DNA of 64,000 nt from Podarcis filfolensis (taxonomy: Eukaryota), in NCBI GenBank assembly GCA_964270895.1, contig OZ185445.1, one strand, 5' to 3'. The position numbers and the translations under genes were made by a program. The notes beneath the pieces are model-generated. The model saw nothing but the letters and a program-made list of their open reading frames with translations, searched no databases and was not told the DNA's origin. Shown here piece by piece: positions 38,937-52,066 of the stretch (its first letter is position 1; the number at the start of each line of letters is the position of its first letter).

Positions 38937-39974
38937 TAATTAAATTAACACTTCTGCTGGCTGAGCTAACAGCTTCACTGAAAAGTGTATGCAAAAAAAT
39001 TAGCCAGCATTTCCAGGTTTAAGCTAGCCAGGCTTTGAAGCCAGCAAGTGTTTAAATACAACCAAATGAGGGATTTTCACCCACAACAAATTACTTGTGT
39101 TGATAAGTTGTCCGTTCCCCAACCTGGTTGGGCTTCAGCTTCCATTCGCCTCAACCAGCTTGGGAAGTGAATGGAAGTTGTAGTACAGAACATCTCCAGG
39201 CTGCTCTAAAATATGCTATTTTAAACATGATGAAAATGGCACCATGTCTTTTCTTCAAATTAAAGGCATCCCCAGAGGTCTACCTGAATTGCTCAAAGCA
39301 TTTCAGTTTTTCATATCAGCTTTTCAAGTTAAACATCTCACCGGTTAATATGAACCCTCCCCAAAAAACCGCTGGCCCAGTCACAGATTTGAACAGCTGT
39401 TTTTCCCCATTCAGTGTTTCTAAAAGTTGGAGAACTTGTGTATCTCACCAAAGAGATTTTCTTTACTAAATTTCATACATATAGGGTAATTTTAATCTAT
39501 TCTATAAGGAATGTAATGTACAGATTTTAAAATGGTAGAATACTTTAAAAAAAAACCCAACAACCTCTCTGCCATATGTATTAAGCTAAGGGAGTGTTTT
39601 TATAGTTTTCATTTTTCCTGCCTGCTGGGCGATTACCTCTCACTCCTTTGGTGAAACTTTTCCTCCTTGAATCCACTTCCTCCCCAGCCCAGGATAAGGG
39701 GGGTCAGAGCACCCAGAGTCTTATGATGCTCCCAGTCTTTTTAGCTATTCAACAGAGGGCCAAGCAGCAGGTGGCAGCAGACCTGTGTCTTTTTTCAACA
39801 CAGGTCTGTATTAATAACACGTGACGCCAAGGGACAGGTGCAATTTAATGTCCTCTGAGCTCAGTTCTGATTAGGGCATCAAGTTGAGAGAGAAATGGGA
39901 GATGGGTTGTGGTGGAGTGAAGTAGCAGGCGGGGGGGGGGGGAGCTCAGCGTCTCTGCAGCACATGGTTACAAG

Positions 39975-41016
39975 CAGGGTGGATTTGATTTAAATCACGA
40001 TTTAAATCACTAGTCAGTAAGACTTGATTTAAATCATTTTTTTACAGAAAGACTCATTCTTACTAGTATAATCTTTAATATTTACAACCAGATGAAGGTT
40101 TCATTTTTGGAATAATAAATTTTCAGAGCAGTTTTTACAGTTATATCAAAAATTACTGACTTGCACAATTACAGTGGTACCTCGCGTTACGAACTTAATT
40201 CGTTCTGGAGGTCCATTCTTAACCCGAAACCGTTCTTAACCTGAGGCACGCTTTTGCTAATGGGGCCACTGCGCGATTTCCATTCTCATCCTGGGGCAAA
40301 GTTCTCAACCCAAGGTACTACTTCCGGGTTAGCGGAGTTTGTAACCCAAAGTGTTTGTAACCCAAGGTACCACTGTATTACACAAAGATCCCAAGACCTG
40401 TGGAGTGTTCTGTTCACAAGACTGCACTTTCATTTTTACTGCTTCACACTTGGCTACTTGTGCAGATCTATTCCACTCCAAACGATCTATTCATTGAACC
40501 TCTTGGAACTTAGCATTTAAGAGATATGGGGTTCATTCTGTGTATATAAATTTGCAAAGAAACAATGGGTTTAATTTTTTCCCCTCAACTCTATATGTTT
40601 ATTTTATAACATTTTTCCTGTGAAAAGGCATGTTATCTCTGCAGACACAAATTCACACTTTTGAGAACTGCAAAAACAAGCACCTGTGATACTATCATCT
40701 TGTTAGAAAAACTGCCCCAAATAATCTTACAGAAACCTCTGGAAGAGCATGACATTGTGAATGGATTAATGGAATTCATTTACCAAAACATTTAAACATT
40801 GCATATAAAGCCTCATGCTACATAGTTAAAAGCAAATCTTTATTTCCTGGACTATAATGTAACTTAAATAGAAAACTATCTTTAGAAAGAATTTTCTTCC
40901 AAAAGCGTTTTATTTTTAAAAAATCCAATTAAAATTTTTAAAAATCTGATTTAAATTTTTTAAAAATCTGATTTATTTTTATTTTTTTATTAAAAAAATG
41001 ATTTTCATCCACCCTG
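39975..41016. mobile_element. hAT-like non-autonomous element containing a nested MITE
   Basis: TIR cagggtggat / atccaccctg; gatttaaat subterminal repeats at both ends; flanks gttacaag / gttacact (6 of 8 match). Confidence 0.8.
40172..40375. mobile_element. pogo/Tigger-like MITE nested in the hAT element
   Basis: TA-cagtggtacctc...aaggtaccactg-TA. Confidence 0.9.
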
Positions 41017-41274
41017 GTTACACTCCTTTCCTCTCTCCCATGTTACATATATTTGGAACAGGCCCGTGTTAACAGAAAGATATTTTGTGCTTTATGTTGG
41101 CCATTGTGACTATTTTATATTCTTATTACCAATCTGGCATATTTCCTCGCTCTAGTGCACCTCTAAGCTTTATTCCACACCCTCTTAACAGACTCTGCAT
41201 TTCAGATGCTGATAATACTGTAAGTCCTGGAATTTTTGCATTTAACTAATGTCTGGCATCATGGCACTAGTGCG

Positions 41275-41410
41275 CAGCAGCTCAGTAGGAAAGCACCATG
41301 TCTTGCGTGCGAAAGGTCCCAGGTTCAGTCTCTGGCATCTCAGGTATGAGTAGGAAAGACTCCCGTCTGGAACTTTGGAGAATCGCTGCCAAACATTGAA
41401 GACAGCACTG
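41275..41410 (+). mobile_element. Degenerate tRNA-headed SINE
   Basis: agctcagtagg...ttgcgtgcgaaaggtcccaggttcagtctctggcatctcagg; homologous to 27368. Confidence 0.7.
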
Positions 41411-42744
41411 TACAAATGAACTGATTCCTATGTTCACAAGAGACCTTTGATTAAAATAAAGGACTTAACTCCCATTCCTGTGGCTTACAAAAATGGATGT
41501 GCCATCATTTTTATAACGTCAAATGTTTAATTACTGGAAACCATGGCTTCCCATAGTGAGGAACTTACCAGCATTTTCTTGCTATGGCTGGCTCTGTATC
41601 TGTTCTGTTCTCACTTGAATGTTTAGTCTTTCATTTCACAACTACAGAATTGTAGATTTCGTCAGCTGCAGATCTTTGTAACAGCTAGATCTTACTAGAA
41701 ATATTCCTCTGTGCTGAGCATTTGCTGATATCATTTAACATTACAGCGAGCGCATTAACAAGTCCCCAGTTCTTAAGATCTGTTTGCAGATATTTTGGAA
41801 AGATACTGATGGATATACAGGCAGCATACGTTTTAGGTCCATCCAATATTGGCGTAACCACGCATGTACACATTGCACTGAACCTGGAAATGACCCAAAA
41901 ATATTACAAAAACATCCCAGAAAGGGGCAGGGGAGCAGAATGGGGTGTTTGCAGGCTTTTTCAATAGGTGTTACGGTTGCACACAATTTCACACAAGCAT
42001 GCAGTGACTCAGAATGCAACCCGTTTGCAAATGGGATATTACCCATAGTCTGCCCATTTTTGTTATATGCATCACAATCGGACTTAATGTTTATAACTTT
42101 TCCTTTTTTAAAAAAGAGAACAACTGCCAAGGATACTTTATTGCCTATTTATTGACATTTCTCTTTTAAGCAGTCACCTTTTTTTGTGTGTTGCAGATTT
42201 CACTAATGATCCTTGGCAATATTTGAATAAATTAGTCTGTGTACTTTTCAGGGGAAAGTGCATTATCTGACGAACACTATGTTCATTATTAACGTACAGC
42301 AATATATGCTTGCTGTGTTATTAACTACTCATGATAGTAGCTAATTGGCTAATGATCAAATTCTACCATAAAACAGCTTAATTACAGTTAGGAAAAGGTA
42401 CGTTGTATATTGAAATAAATACAAAAATCATAGTAACTTGTATTGTGCATCTTGTGATTGAACAGCAAAAGGTAACGGATTAAAAACAGTGTCTCAAGTT
42501 CCATACTTACTGCCGTTCCTTCCTCCAGTGTGTGCATATTGTTAGGCATGTATTCAAATTACACTGCTGAATAAGGGGTTGAGTTGTTTGTCCCAAATAG
42601 TGCATCAGTATTTCTAGATAAGTGAGCCACTGACTGTATTGCTCTTACTGTAATGATGAAGACCAGTACTAGCTGGTTCTAATGTAACTAATAGCTACAC
42701 ATAGGAACGAACTTTTTAATTCTTGCACCAGTAACTTCCCCTTA

Positions 42745-42987
42745 CAGTGGTACCTCGCAAGACGAATGCCTCGCAAGACGAATGCCTCGCAAGACGAAAG
42801 AGTTTTCCGTTTTTTGAGTCGTTCCGCAAGACGAATTTCCCTATGGGCTTGCTTCGCTTGCGAGTTTGTTTCCTTTTTCTTAAAGCCGCTAAGCCGTTAA
42901 TAGCCGCTAAGCCGCTAATAGCCGCTAAGCCGCTAATAGCCGTGCTTCGCAAGACGAAAAAACCGCAAGACTTGCGAGGCACCACTG
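42745..42987. mobile_element. pogo/Tigger-like MITE (gcaagacg subfamily, opposite orientation to 31000)
   Basis: TA-cagtggtacctcgcaagacg; internal 16-bp and 18-bp (agccgctaagccgctaat) tandem duplications. Confidence 0.88.
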
Positions 42988-43469
42988 TTTTATAGTTCCA
43001 GGTGGCATCAATGAATATAACTATTGGAGACGGGTTGCACAAAGCTAGTGTTATATAAGCACAAGGCATGGTGCTATTTGGCTGTTATTGCAAGATGTTG
43101 TGCAATCTTTTGGTTAAATGTTAGTAGACATTCATTAGACTTCACGAGTAACTGCTGATTCCCCCAGCTTCCCATGTCTGACCTAAATTTTAACACCTGG
43201 TAGACTATATGGACTTACTGAAAAGGTTTTTCAGTACTGCAGTCTGCTTGCTTAAAGAAAAGATAACGTCCTTAGCTTGAAACTATGCTGTTTCTTTGGC
43301 TACTTCAAACAGGAACTGAAAATTAAAATTTGAGCCTGTGAATTGTTTGTTTAGCAATGTCTGATAGCTAAGCAAACAAAGAAGGGGATTTTCCACATTA
43401 TCGAAATAAGTTTCTGTTGGTGTTTGTGTTGTCAGTTCCAGACAGTTCCCTACAAGCAAGTATTGAGTA

Positions 43470-43711
43470 CAGTGGTACCTCGGGTTACTAACGCTTCAGG
43501 TTACATGTGCTTCAGGTTACAGACTCCGCTAACCCAGAAATAGTGCTTCAGGTTAAGAACTTTGCTTCAGGATAAGAACAGAAATCGGGCTCCGGCGGCG
43601 CAGCTGCAGCAAGAGGCCCCATTAGCTAAAGTGGTGCTTCAGATTAGGAACAGTTTCAGATTAAGAACGGACCTCCAGAACAAATTAAGTACTTAACCTG
43701 AGGTACCACTG
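43470..43711. mobile_element. pogo/Tigger-like MITE
   Basis: TA-cagtggtacctcgggttac...gaggtaccactg; reverse orientation of the 20244 family. Confidence 0.92.
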
Positions 43712-44678
43712 TGTAGTGAATCGAGTCAAGGATAATTCACTTTCTGCACAAGCAAGTGAAGTTCATGTACATCATTTTGAGAAAGCTCATTTGGTTGGCA
43801 CAGAGAGCAGAAGAGCTGCTTCTTCATATTATCTTGGGTGAACATAAGACAAACGTGTGTGATCAGGCCAATGTCCATATAGTCCAGCATCCTGTTCTTA
43901 CAGTAGCCAACTGTGGGATTCTTGATTTTAAAGCCAATATCTTTGCCAGTTAAAATGTTTTACTTTTATATTTGATGAATTGACGTTGACATTTTCCCAG
44001 TTATATGAAGTTATATGAAATAATACGATTCCCTCATGCTCCCAATAATCTACTGGAGGTTTATATCCAACATAACACTATTTTTGTAGTGTGTTTTATA
44101 TTTATTAACAACTTTTGATTTGTTAACATACGTTTATTATAGCTTTCATATATGCTACTGTAGTATTGCTAATGAATTAGTGAATATAAGTATTTTCAGA
44201 TACAGTTTAATATTAGCAGGTCTTCATCTTGCACCCCAGCTTCCACCTAGTTAGAATGTCCATACACCTTTGCTCTGTCCAAATTACTCTGATTATCAGC
44301 CAACAATCACTTCTTTTTCTATTCTACTTCCTTTTGTGACTCACACTCGCATCTCAATATCCTGAGTGCTGTCATTGCCTTCTGATGAGTGTCACACCCC
44401 AAAGTCAAATTTGACTGCACTTAATCTTCCAGGGGTCCTTTTCCTTTACCCATTTTACCTTCCAGAAAGTACTTTTTTAAAAAAAAAACACCATACTTAC
44501 CACATATTTTAGAAATGAAGTCTGACCGCATGTCTAGGAAACGACATTTCCAAATGTTCTTATCAACACAATATGCTTTTGTGTGTGTGTGTTTAAGTAA
44601 ATAAGTAACCAAATATATATTTTGTTCAATGTGTCTAATGCACTTAAATGTAATTGGATTTTGTTTCTGTTATTATAG

Positions 44679-44833
44679 GCTAATGCGCAGCTAGTTCGAG
44701 ACGTTGACATAGAGAAAGTGTGCTCATTTGAGAACCCTTATGTAGATGCAATAAGGTATTTATGGAATGACCCTGGAATCCAAGAATGCTATGACAGGCG
44801 GCGAGAGTATCAGTTGTCAGATTCTACTAAATA
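44679..44833 (+). CDS. GNAQ: G-alpha-q coding exon 3 (helical domain)
   Basis: tatAG/GTaagt; 155 bp; [52 protein letters not shown]; in phase with exon 2. Confidence 0.96.
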
Positions 44834-45731
44834 GTAAGTATAAACAGGAAGATGTTTTGGATAGTAATGCTTTAGACATATCTCATGGGCAGCTGTTTTT
44901 CAAGAATTATTTGAGGTGTCCAGTCACTGGGAATCTTAGTTGTTCAAACTTCCTTTCTATCTGAATTAAGATACCTTGTTTTATTTTAGGATAATGTATA
45001 CCACTACTGATAATATACTTAGTTGATAAATGTGCATGTACTCCACTGTCTTACTGCATAGAGTTTGATGAAAACTGGCATCCTGAGATTGTAAGCAGTG
45101 TGTGTGTGTGTAGATACACACACTAGTAATGAACTGCAGGCCTGATACAGGCACACACAATTTTTTGTCGCTTCCCCAAAATTTTTGGCAGCAGCATAAA
45201 GAGAAAATAACACACAACTAGATTAGATGATTTGCTACCATTTCCGCTTCCTGTGTCTTGTTGGTGACAATATCGGCCACTGCACAGCAGTGATACCTAC
45301 CTCCAACAGCTGCAGCACAATGCTCTTCCCAGGAAATCATATGAAGAAAGATCAGGGAGAGGGGGGTGATTAAGTCCTCATCTCAGCTGATCTGCATGGA
45401 TCAGGCGAGGAGAAGGGACTGTGTCCTGTGAGTAAGAAAGTGCGCATGTAGAATGTGGGATGGCCACACCCACCACTGGCACACACACACACCCCCAACC
45501 TTGAAAGTTAGCCACTGGTCTTTAAAGCGAAAAATAATTAAACATACCTGCCTTATACAGGTTTTAATTAGATGCTTTTCTGGAGTACTATTTTTTTCCC
45601 ATTTAACACTTTTCCTTATTTGAAGATTGCACAAAAATACAAAAAAAATGAACATATCAAAAACAGACAAGCAAAAAGAAAAAGAAAACATCTATACTAT
45701 ACATTAGTGAAAACCAATACCATCACATATA

Positions 45732-45973
45732 CAGTGGTACCTCGGGTTACATACGCTTCAGGTTACATACGCTTCAGGTTACAGACTCCACTAACCCAGA
45801 AATAGTACCTCAGGTTAAGAACTTTGCTTCAGGATGAGAATAGAAATTGTGCTCCAGCGGTGCAGCAGCAGCGGGAGGCCCCATTAGCCAAAGTGGTGCT
45901 TCAGGTTAAGAACAGTTTCAGGTTAAGAATGGACCTCTGGAACGAATTAGGTACTTAACCCGAGGTACCACTG
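45732..45973. mobile_element. pogo/Tigger-like MITE in the L1 3' UTR
   Basis: TA-cagtggtacctcgggtta...taacccgaggtaccactg-TA. Confidence 0.93.
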
Positions 45974-46611
45974 TACACCCATATGACTTCCCTCCCCCCC
46001 CCCCAACTCAACATTCTGTGTAGTTATTTAATCTTATTGACATTGCGTCTTTTGAATATTATTCCTTATATATATATTTTCTATTTCGTCTGAATATGTA
46101 CTTTACACACTTAGTCTAGGCATATCAACATATTAACCTTAGAGCAGTGTTTTTTTCATATAATCCTCAATGCATTGCCATTCCTTCCTTTACTTCTGAT
46201 TTGTCTGATGTCTTGTGGCTACTATTAACTTTGCCAGTTCTATAAATTCACATAATTTACTTATCCATTCCTCTTTTGTTGGGATAATAACTCCTTTTCA
46301 GTTTTTTGCAAGTAATAATCTGGCTGCGGCTGTGGCATATAAAAATAGCCCTTTCTTATCCTGTGGGATGTCTTTCCCCCAAAATGCCTAATAGGTATGC
46401 CTCTGGTTTCTTTTCAATAGAATTTTAACTCTTCATGAATACATCCTCAGAAATTTTTAATTTTTTCACAGCCCCACCATGCATGCATCATTGTCCGCTC
46501 AGCTTTATTACATTTCCAATATAAATTGTTTTTTAATTTATATATCTTGGTGAGTTTGGAAGGTGTCAAGTATCACCTGTAGCACATTTTCATTAAATTC
46601 TCTTTAATAGT

Positions 46612-46708
46612 AGTGTTGTTGTTGTTGTTGTTTAGTCGTGTCCAACTCTTTGTGACCCCATAGACCAGAGCACGCCAAGCACTCCTGTCTTCCACTGTCT
46701 CCCGCAGA
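46612..46708 (-). mobile_element. Bov-B 3' fragment in L1 ORF2
   Basis: (aac)n tail; 8-bp TSD ttaatagt at 46604-46611 and 46709-46716. Confidence 0.85.
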
Positions 46709-47146
46709 TTAATAGTGTAACCGGCAGTAAAGCGTATATCCGACCTCCATAGCCTTTCCCACTGTCCTGTATATATTGTGTGGCCAATATCTTGCGCCCA
46801 TTTGACCATAACTTCTTTTATTTCCTTGTCTTTGAAGTCCCATTCCAATTATACGTCATAAGTTTTGGACAACAATTTCTTATTATTTTTTAGTATTGCT
46901 TTTTGTAATTTAAATTCTTCTTTCCTGAACCCTATTTTTTTATCTGAATTAAATACATTATTTAATTGATGTTATTGAAGCCAAACAGTGAGGTGATGTC
47001 TTACCTCCTCAAATGTTTTGAGCTTTAATTGTCCCTGATCATCTTTTAATAATTGACTATAGTTTGCCCAATTACTTTCCATATTTAGTTTTTTATCTGT
47101 GAATGCCTCTAGCGGGGACAGCCACCATGGCGTTTTTGGTTCTAGT

Positions 47147-47392
47147 TGTTATGTACTGAAGTTCTCACCTGGGCCAGCAGGGGGATACTGTAGATAGTTA
47201 TGCAGATAAGGGATCGAAAGTGACGTTCAGTGATTGGATAGTTTTAGAAAGTTGTTACAGTAATGTTGTACTGGAGCTCTATATAAGTAGGCTGACTGAA
47301 TCCTTCAGTTCAGTTCTGTCTTGGCCTGTGAATAAACAAGAGCTGTTTGGAGAATCGCTGTGTCATCTGATATGTTCACCCACAACTTAACA
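47147..47392 (+). mobile_element. Solo LTR (246 bp)
   Basis: TGTTA...TAACA termini; 5-bp TSD ctagt on both sides; ATTGG at 47233, TATATAA at 47280, AATAAA at 47331. Confidence 0.9.
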
Positions 47393-47954
47393 CTAGTAAT
47401 TGTTGATATCTGGTCCACACCTTATATAGAGCATTCTTTACTATGTGATTAGTAAATCCTTTGTGAACTTTCACCTTGTTGTAGCCAAGGTAGGCATGCC
47501 ACCCGCTTTTCTGGAATACTTTTGACTATAATAATATTACTTGATAATTAGTTTCCTTGCCCAGCTGCCACACATAAACATCTTCCCCATACCTACTCAT
47601 CCTTTCCTTACCAGATCTATCTTTGCCTGTCTTGTACTAATAATCCATCATATCTCATTTAAATCAAAAGACTGAATTCTAAAACACACAAACACACACA
47701 CACAACTGTGAAGACTAAAATTAAATTTAAAATAATTTAATTACTAGAAGCATTTTTTGATCTTGGTACTTTTAAGCTGCCCAAAGACCATATATTTCTG
47801 TTTTTCAAATTGTGTTCAAGTGTTTATTCTAAATGTAGTTGATAATTCTATTGTTCATTTTAGTTGTTATGGATGATGAAAATTCTTAATATATTAGTGA
47901 TGCAGGAGGGAAGGGGATAAAATAAAATTTGTCTGACCTCACGTTTCCAATATA

Positions 47955-48202
47955 CAGTCATACCTTGGTTGTTGAACGGAATCTGTTTTGGAAGTCGCTT
48001 CGACTTCCGCAAACATTCAACAATCAAGATGCGGCTTCCGATTGGCTGCAGGAGCTTCCTGTACTCAATCAGAAGCCACGGAAACCACATCAAATGTTTT
48101 GGCTTCCAAAGAACGTTCACAAACTGGAACACTCCCGGATTTGCAGCGTTCAGGATCCAAAACGTTCGAGTCACAAGGTGTTAGGGATCCAAGGTACGAC
48201 TA
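47955..48202. mobile_element. pogo/Tigger-like MITE (gttgaac subfamily)
   Basis: TA-cagtcataccttgg...ccaaggtacgacta-TA. Confidence 0.85.
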
Positions 48203-48961
48203 TACATCTAATACAATGCAATACAAATCACAGTAAGGAAACAATATAATTTAGTGTATTTAGGAGTAAAATCCTATGCAGGTCTATGAATAAGTTTCAT
48301 AGGGTTGAACTAAACTACTACTAGCTCGGATTGAAACTCCTCCCTTGTCCCCAAGAATCCCAAATGGAACAAGAAGAACCCTATTTCGGAGCCCAAAATG
48401 GCAGTGTTTCTCTTAAGAGACGGTAATACACTGTAAGATTCTGTCCCTGTTTTCACTTATTTGTATGGGGAACTCAAGGTGGCATTGCTTCAGCTAAATA
48501 ACTGCTGAATATAAACCACAGCAGTTTCTCCCCTCAGTCTTTGCTGCGTGGTCAAAGTTGTGCATCAGAATGATCTCATCTTTGATGTAGAAGAATCCGC
48601 AGACATAGAATCTGCAGTGTTGAAAATGACCAGAAATGATGGATTGGAGCATGTCCTCCCACACCCTAATTAGATTTTCTAGGCAATGTGTTGTAGTCAA
48701 ATGATGTACCTATTTTAACTTACAATTATATAACATCAGCTTGCATCATTGTTGTGACAAATGTGGTAAAAACTGTATAATTTTATAAAGCCATTTAAAC
48801 TACCTGATTACTGAGTGTTAAAAAAGACTATCTCAGTGTGGTGCAAATTTTTAGCGGCTTTCCTATTCAAAGTTTTATACACACATAGATTTACAGTCGT
48901 TTCTGATACAGAACAGAGTAGCAAAGGAAGCTGTAATCTTCAATAGGAAAAGATCTAAATA

Positions 48962-49188
48962 CAATGGTACCTCCAGTTACGAACTTAATTCGTTCCGGAG
49001 GTCCGTTTGTAACCCGGAACCGTTCTTGACACTAATGGCGCCTCCCGCTGCTGCTGCACTGCTGGCACACAACTTCCTCTCGCATCCCGGGGCCAAGTTC
49101 ACAACAAGGGGCATCTACTTCCGGGTTAGCAGAGCTTGTAACCCGAAACATTGGTAAGGGGGACGGTACGTAACATGAAGTATCACTG
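48962..49188. mobile_element. pogo/Tigger-like MITE, paralogue of 17940
   Basis: TA-caatggtacctc...gaagtatcactg-TA; shares the unusual right end gtaagggggacggtac. Confidence 0.88.
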
Positions 49189-49279
49189 TACACATGCCCA
49201 GTGACACTCTTCAATTTTCTCCTCTGAAAGACTGCCCCTCTTCCCAGTTCTTCTGTACTGCCAATCATTTTAGAAACGC

Positions 49280-49755
49280 TTATGGGGTAGAAATCTCCCC
49301 CTGCCCCATGCTAAAGTTGTTTATGTATGTAACAACAGCAGCTGGGATTCTATATGCACAGAAATGGAAGGAAGAAGAAGTTCCAACAAAAGAGCAGTGG
49401 TTAAGTTAGATAATGGGCTATGCAGAACTGGCAAAACGTAAAGCAAAATTAAGATAATCTAATGATGAGTGTTGTATGGAAGAATAGATGCCTTTTTCGG
49501 ACTATTTAAAGAAAGATTATAGTATGATGAACTTTCTAGCAGGACTTGAGCTATGAGCATCAGAAGTAATTAGATCATAATACTGTGGTTATGATTTGAT
49601 AGAAAGGAAATAGGGTGCAGTAAAAGCAGAGAAACAACTCCATGGAAAAAGGGGTGGGAAGTTGACAAAAATAAGAGGAAGGAGAAAGCTGTTTTGACTG
49701 TATTTGTTAAACATGTTGAAAATTAAAACATAATGAAAAAAATAAAATTGTTTTT
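49280..49755 (+). mobile_element. L1 3' end
   Basis: KLFMYVTTAAGILYAQKWKEEEVPTKEQWLS, G-rich 3' UTR, AATAAA. Confidence 0.8.
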
Positions 49756-51900
49756 GACTAGTGCCTAAAAACAGATAGTGATGGCACCAACGTGCCTCCC
49801 TGGCTCAAGCATTCCACAAATGGGGAGCGACCGCTGGGAAGACCTGTTCTCATGTGACCACCCCACCCCTCTCGGAGGCGGCACACAGAGAAGGGCCTTA
49901 ATATGCTTTAAAATAGAACAGGGATCCACTCGCCTCTTCAGGATACCACTGACTTGCACTTCCTACAAGGGTCCTGACAAGTCCCAAAGAAAGCATTACT
50001 TAGGTGCAGGTGAACAGGAAAGAAAGAAAAGAAAGGAACCAGCCTATACTGAAGAAATCTAGTTCCTGCAGTGATCCAAGGGCTTTAAACATCTTGGGAA
50101 AGCTTAACATGAGCAGCCTCTGGGTACATTATAATAAGCTGTCACAATATCATTTTCCCACCGGACTTTACCCCTTTTGTTAGAGCTGGTTTCCCCACTT
50201 CTTAAGTTATCTAGTCCTTCAGGAGGCTGCTCTATGTTAAGCTTTACTTAACTTTACTTTCATAAACATAAACAATCACATGCTTATTCAAACATGGGTA
50301 TGTTCCCATTTGAATTGTTGATTGAAGTCTTCTTATAAACAAAACTGTGTTGAGACTTACACCAGAGTTTCACTCAGGCCTTACAATTTTGAAAGGTTTT
50401 TATTTTCACCTCAGCAGTATTTTCTTTGTTCCTTACAGAGAGCTCCTGCACAGGTTTCTCCCTATTAACGTTTAGGGATCTTTCTCTGTCTGTTTCACTT
50501 CTGACAGATCACGCTGACACAACACTGTCCTCAGCAGTATCCTGAAAATACCCTCTCTTAGCAGCCATTGTCCCTCACACACACACACACACACGCACAG
50601 AGAGAGCAGAAAACAGTTAAAAAATAACAGTTACTGGAATAACAGTCACAGCAGAATGAAATACCTCTCTCATGTGATTCAGTCAGCCAAAAACATGAAA
50701 GCAACTGCCGGGGGGGGGGGAGACCCAAGTTAAAAGTACCCAGTAATTTAGCATAAGTAAACATCCGCATTTCAGGAAATTATATCATTATCCTTAACAA
50801 ATACTTGCATTAGAGATGGCTAGAGCTTCGGTGGAGCAGTTTGACAGGCATGTTATGCTATGATTGAGAACTTCCTATCATCACAACTACTATGGAGAGG
50901 TCTTTGGTAGAAACCACTGGTGCTTCCTTTGATGGGCGGACACCACATGAATGGCACTTCCTCCATCTGATTCCTTGTATTGATGCTGTGCTCATTGCTC
51001 AGGTCAAAGCCAAAAGTGACACACAGCCCCTGTACATTTGCAGAGTTCCAGCTGAACTGAGCTTAGTAACGTTTACCGTATGTAGTGTAGGCCACAGAAA
51101 ATGCACATGGAAGACTGCTAGCTAAAGCCATTGTTGCTAACTATCTACATTCACAGAACCCATTTTATATCAGCTTGTCTGTGAGGAAATCTTTTGTGCG
51201 GAGGATTCTTGAGGTATGGGCTGGGACAAGGATGGCAAATTGATGGGCTTGTACAGTAGATGCTAATGGACTACATCTTGCCTTGTCTGTGACCATTGGC
51301 AGTGCTAGCTGGGGTTGATGGAAGTTGTAGTCCAATAGCATCTGGTTCCCCATGTATTTCTCTTAGCACATTCTGTTCACCCAGGGACTAACCAGGCCAG
51401 TTTGGCCTCACCCTTGCTTTTATGACTTGGAAGTGCATTCTTGAACATAGCCTGTTCTTCCCTGCATGTTGCAGATGAAGTTTGGTTGTGATGGGTAAGC
51501 TGTACTACATTATCTTGGAGGGAGGCTTACAAGGGTAGGCTTACAAGGAACCCTGGAGTTCTCTGGAAAACTGCTTAGGTGGTGGTTTGCCCTTGCATTT
51601 TGCCTGTGTAATGCTATAAGGCAACTTTTATTCTGATAGCGCCGCATAACTAATAATATGCATGCTACAAAACCTGTAATAAGATTTTTAATCCTTTGTG
51701 AATGCTGAAATTTATGTTTGGGTGTAGCACTAAAGGAGACTTGCTCAAAAGTCATGACCTTCAACTTTGAGACAAGAAATCTCATTGACTGTTGTGGTTA
51801 AGAGCTGACACTCTTCGTTTGCATAATTTATACTTGCAGTAATGCTCTCTAATGTTTTTCCTGGAAATTCTCATTAGACTTAGAATAATTCAGGCACCTT

Positions 51901-52066
51901 NNNNNNNNNNNNNNNNNNNNNNNNNNNNNNNNNNNNNNNNNNNNNNNNNNNNNNNNNNNNNNNNNNNNNNNNNNNNNNNNNNNNNNNNNNNNNNNNNNNN
52001 NNNNNNNNNNNNNNNNNNNNNNNNNNNNNNNNNNNNNNNNNNNNNNNNNNNNNNNNNNNNNNNNNN
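51901..52066. other. Assembly gap (166 N)
   Basis: Run of n. Confidence 0.99.

Larger units (their letters stand above)
45590..47660 (-). mobile_element. L1 3' half (ORF2 C-terminus and 3' UTR) carrying three nested insertions
   Basis: Minus-strand GWHAYLGYNKVKVHKGF, WTRYQQLLEPKTPWWLSPLEAF, WAQDIGHTI...WERLW, FLYATAAARLLLA. Confidence 0.85.

Noticed and set aside
46573-46848. 91-aa ORF as a novel gene
   Set aside because: Chimera of decayed L1 ORF2 and an in-frame Bov-B stub.
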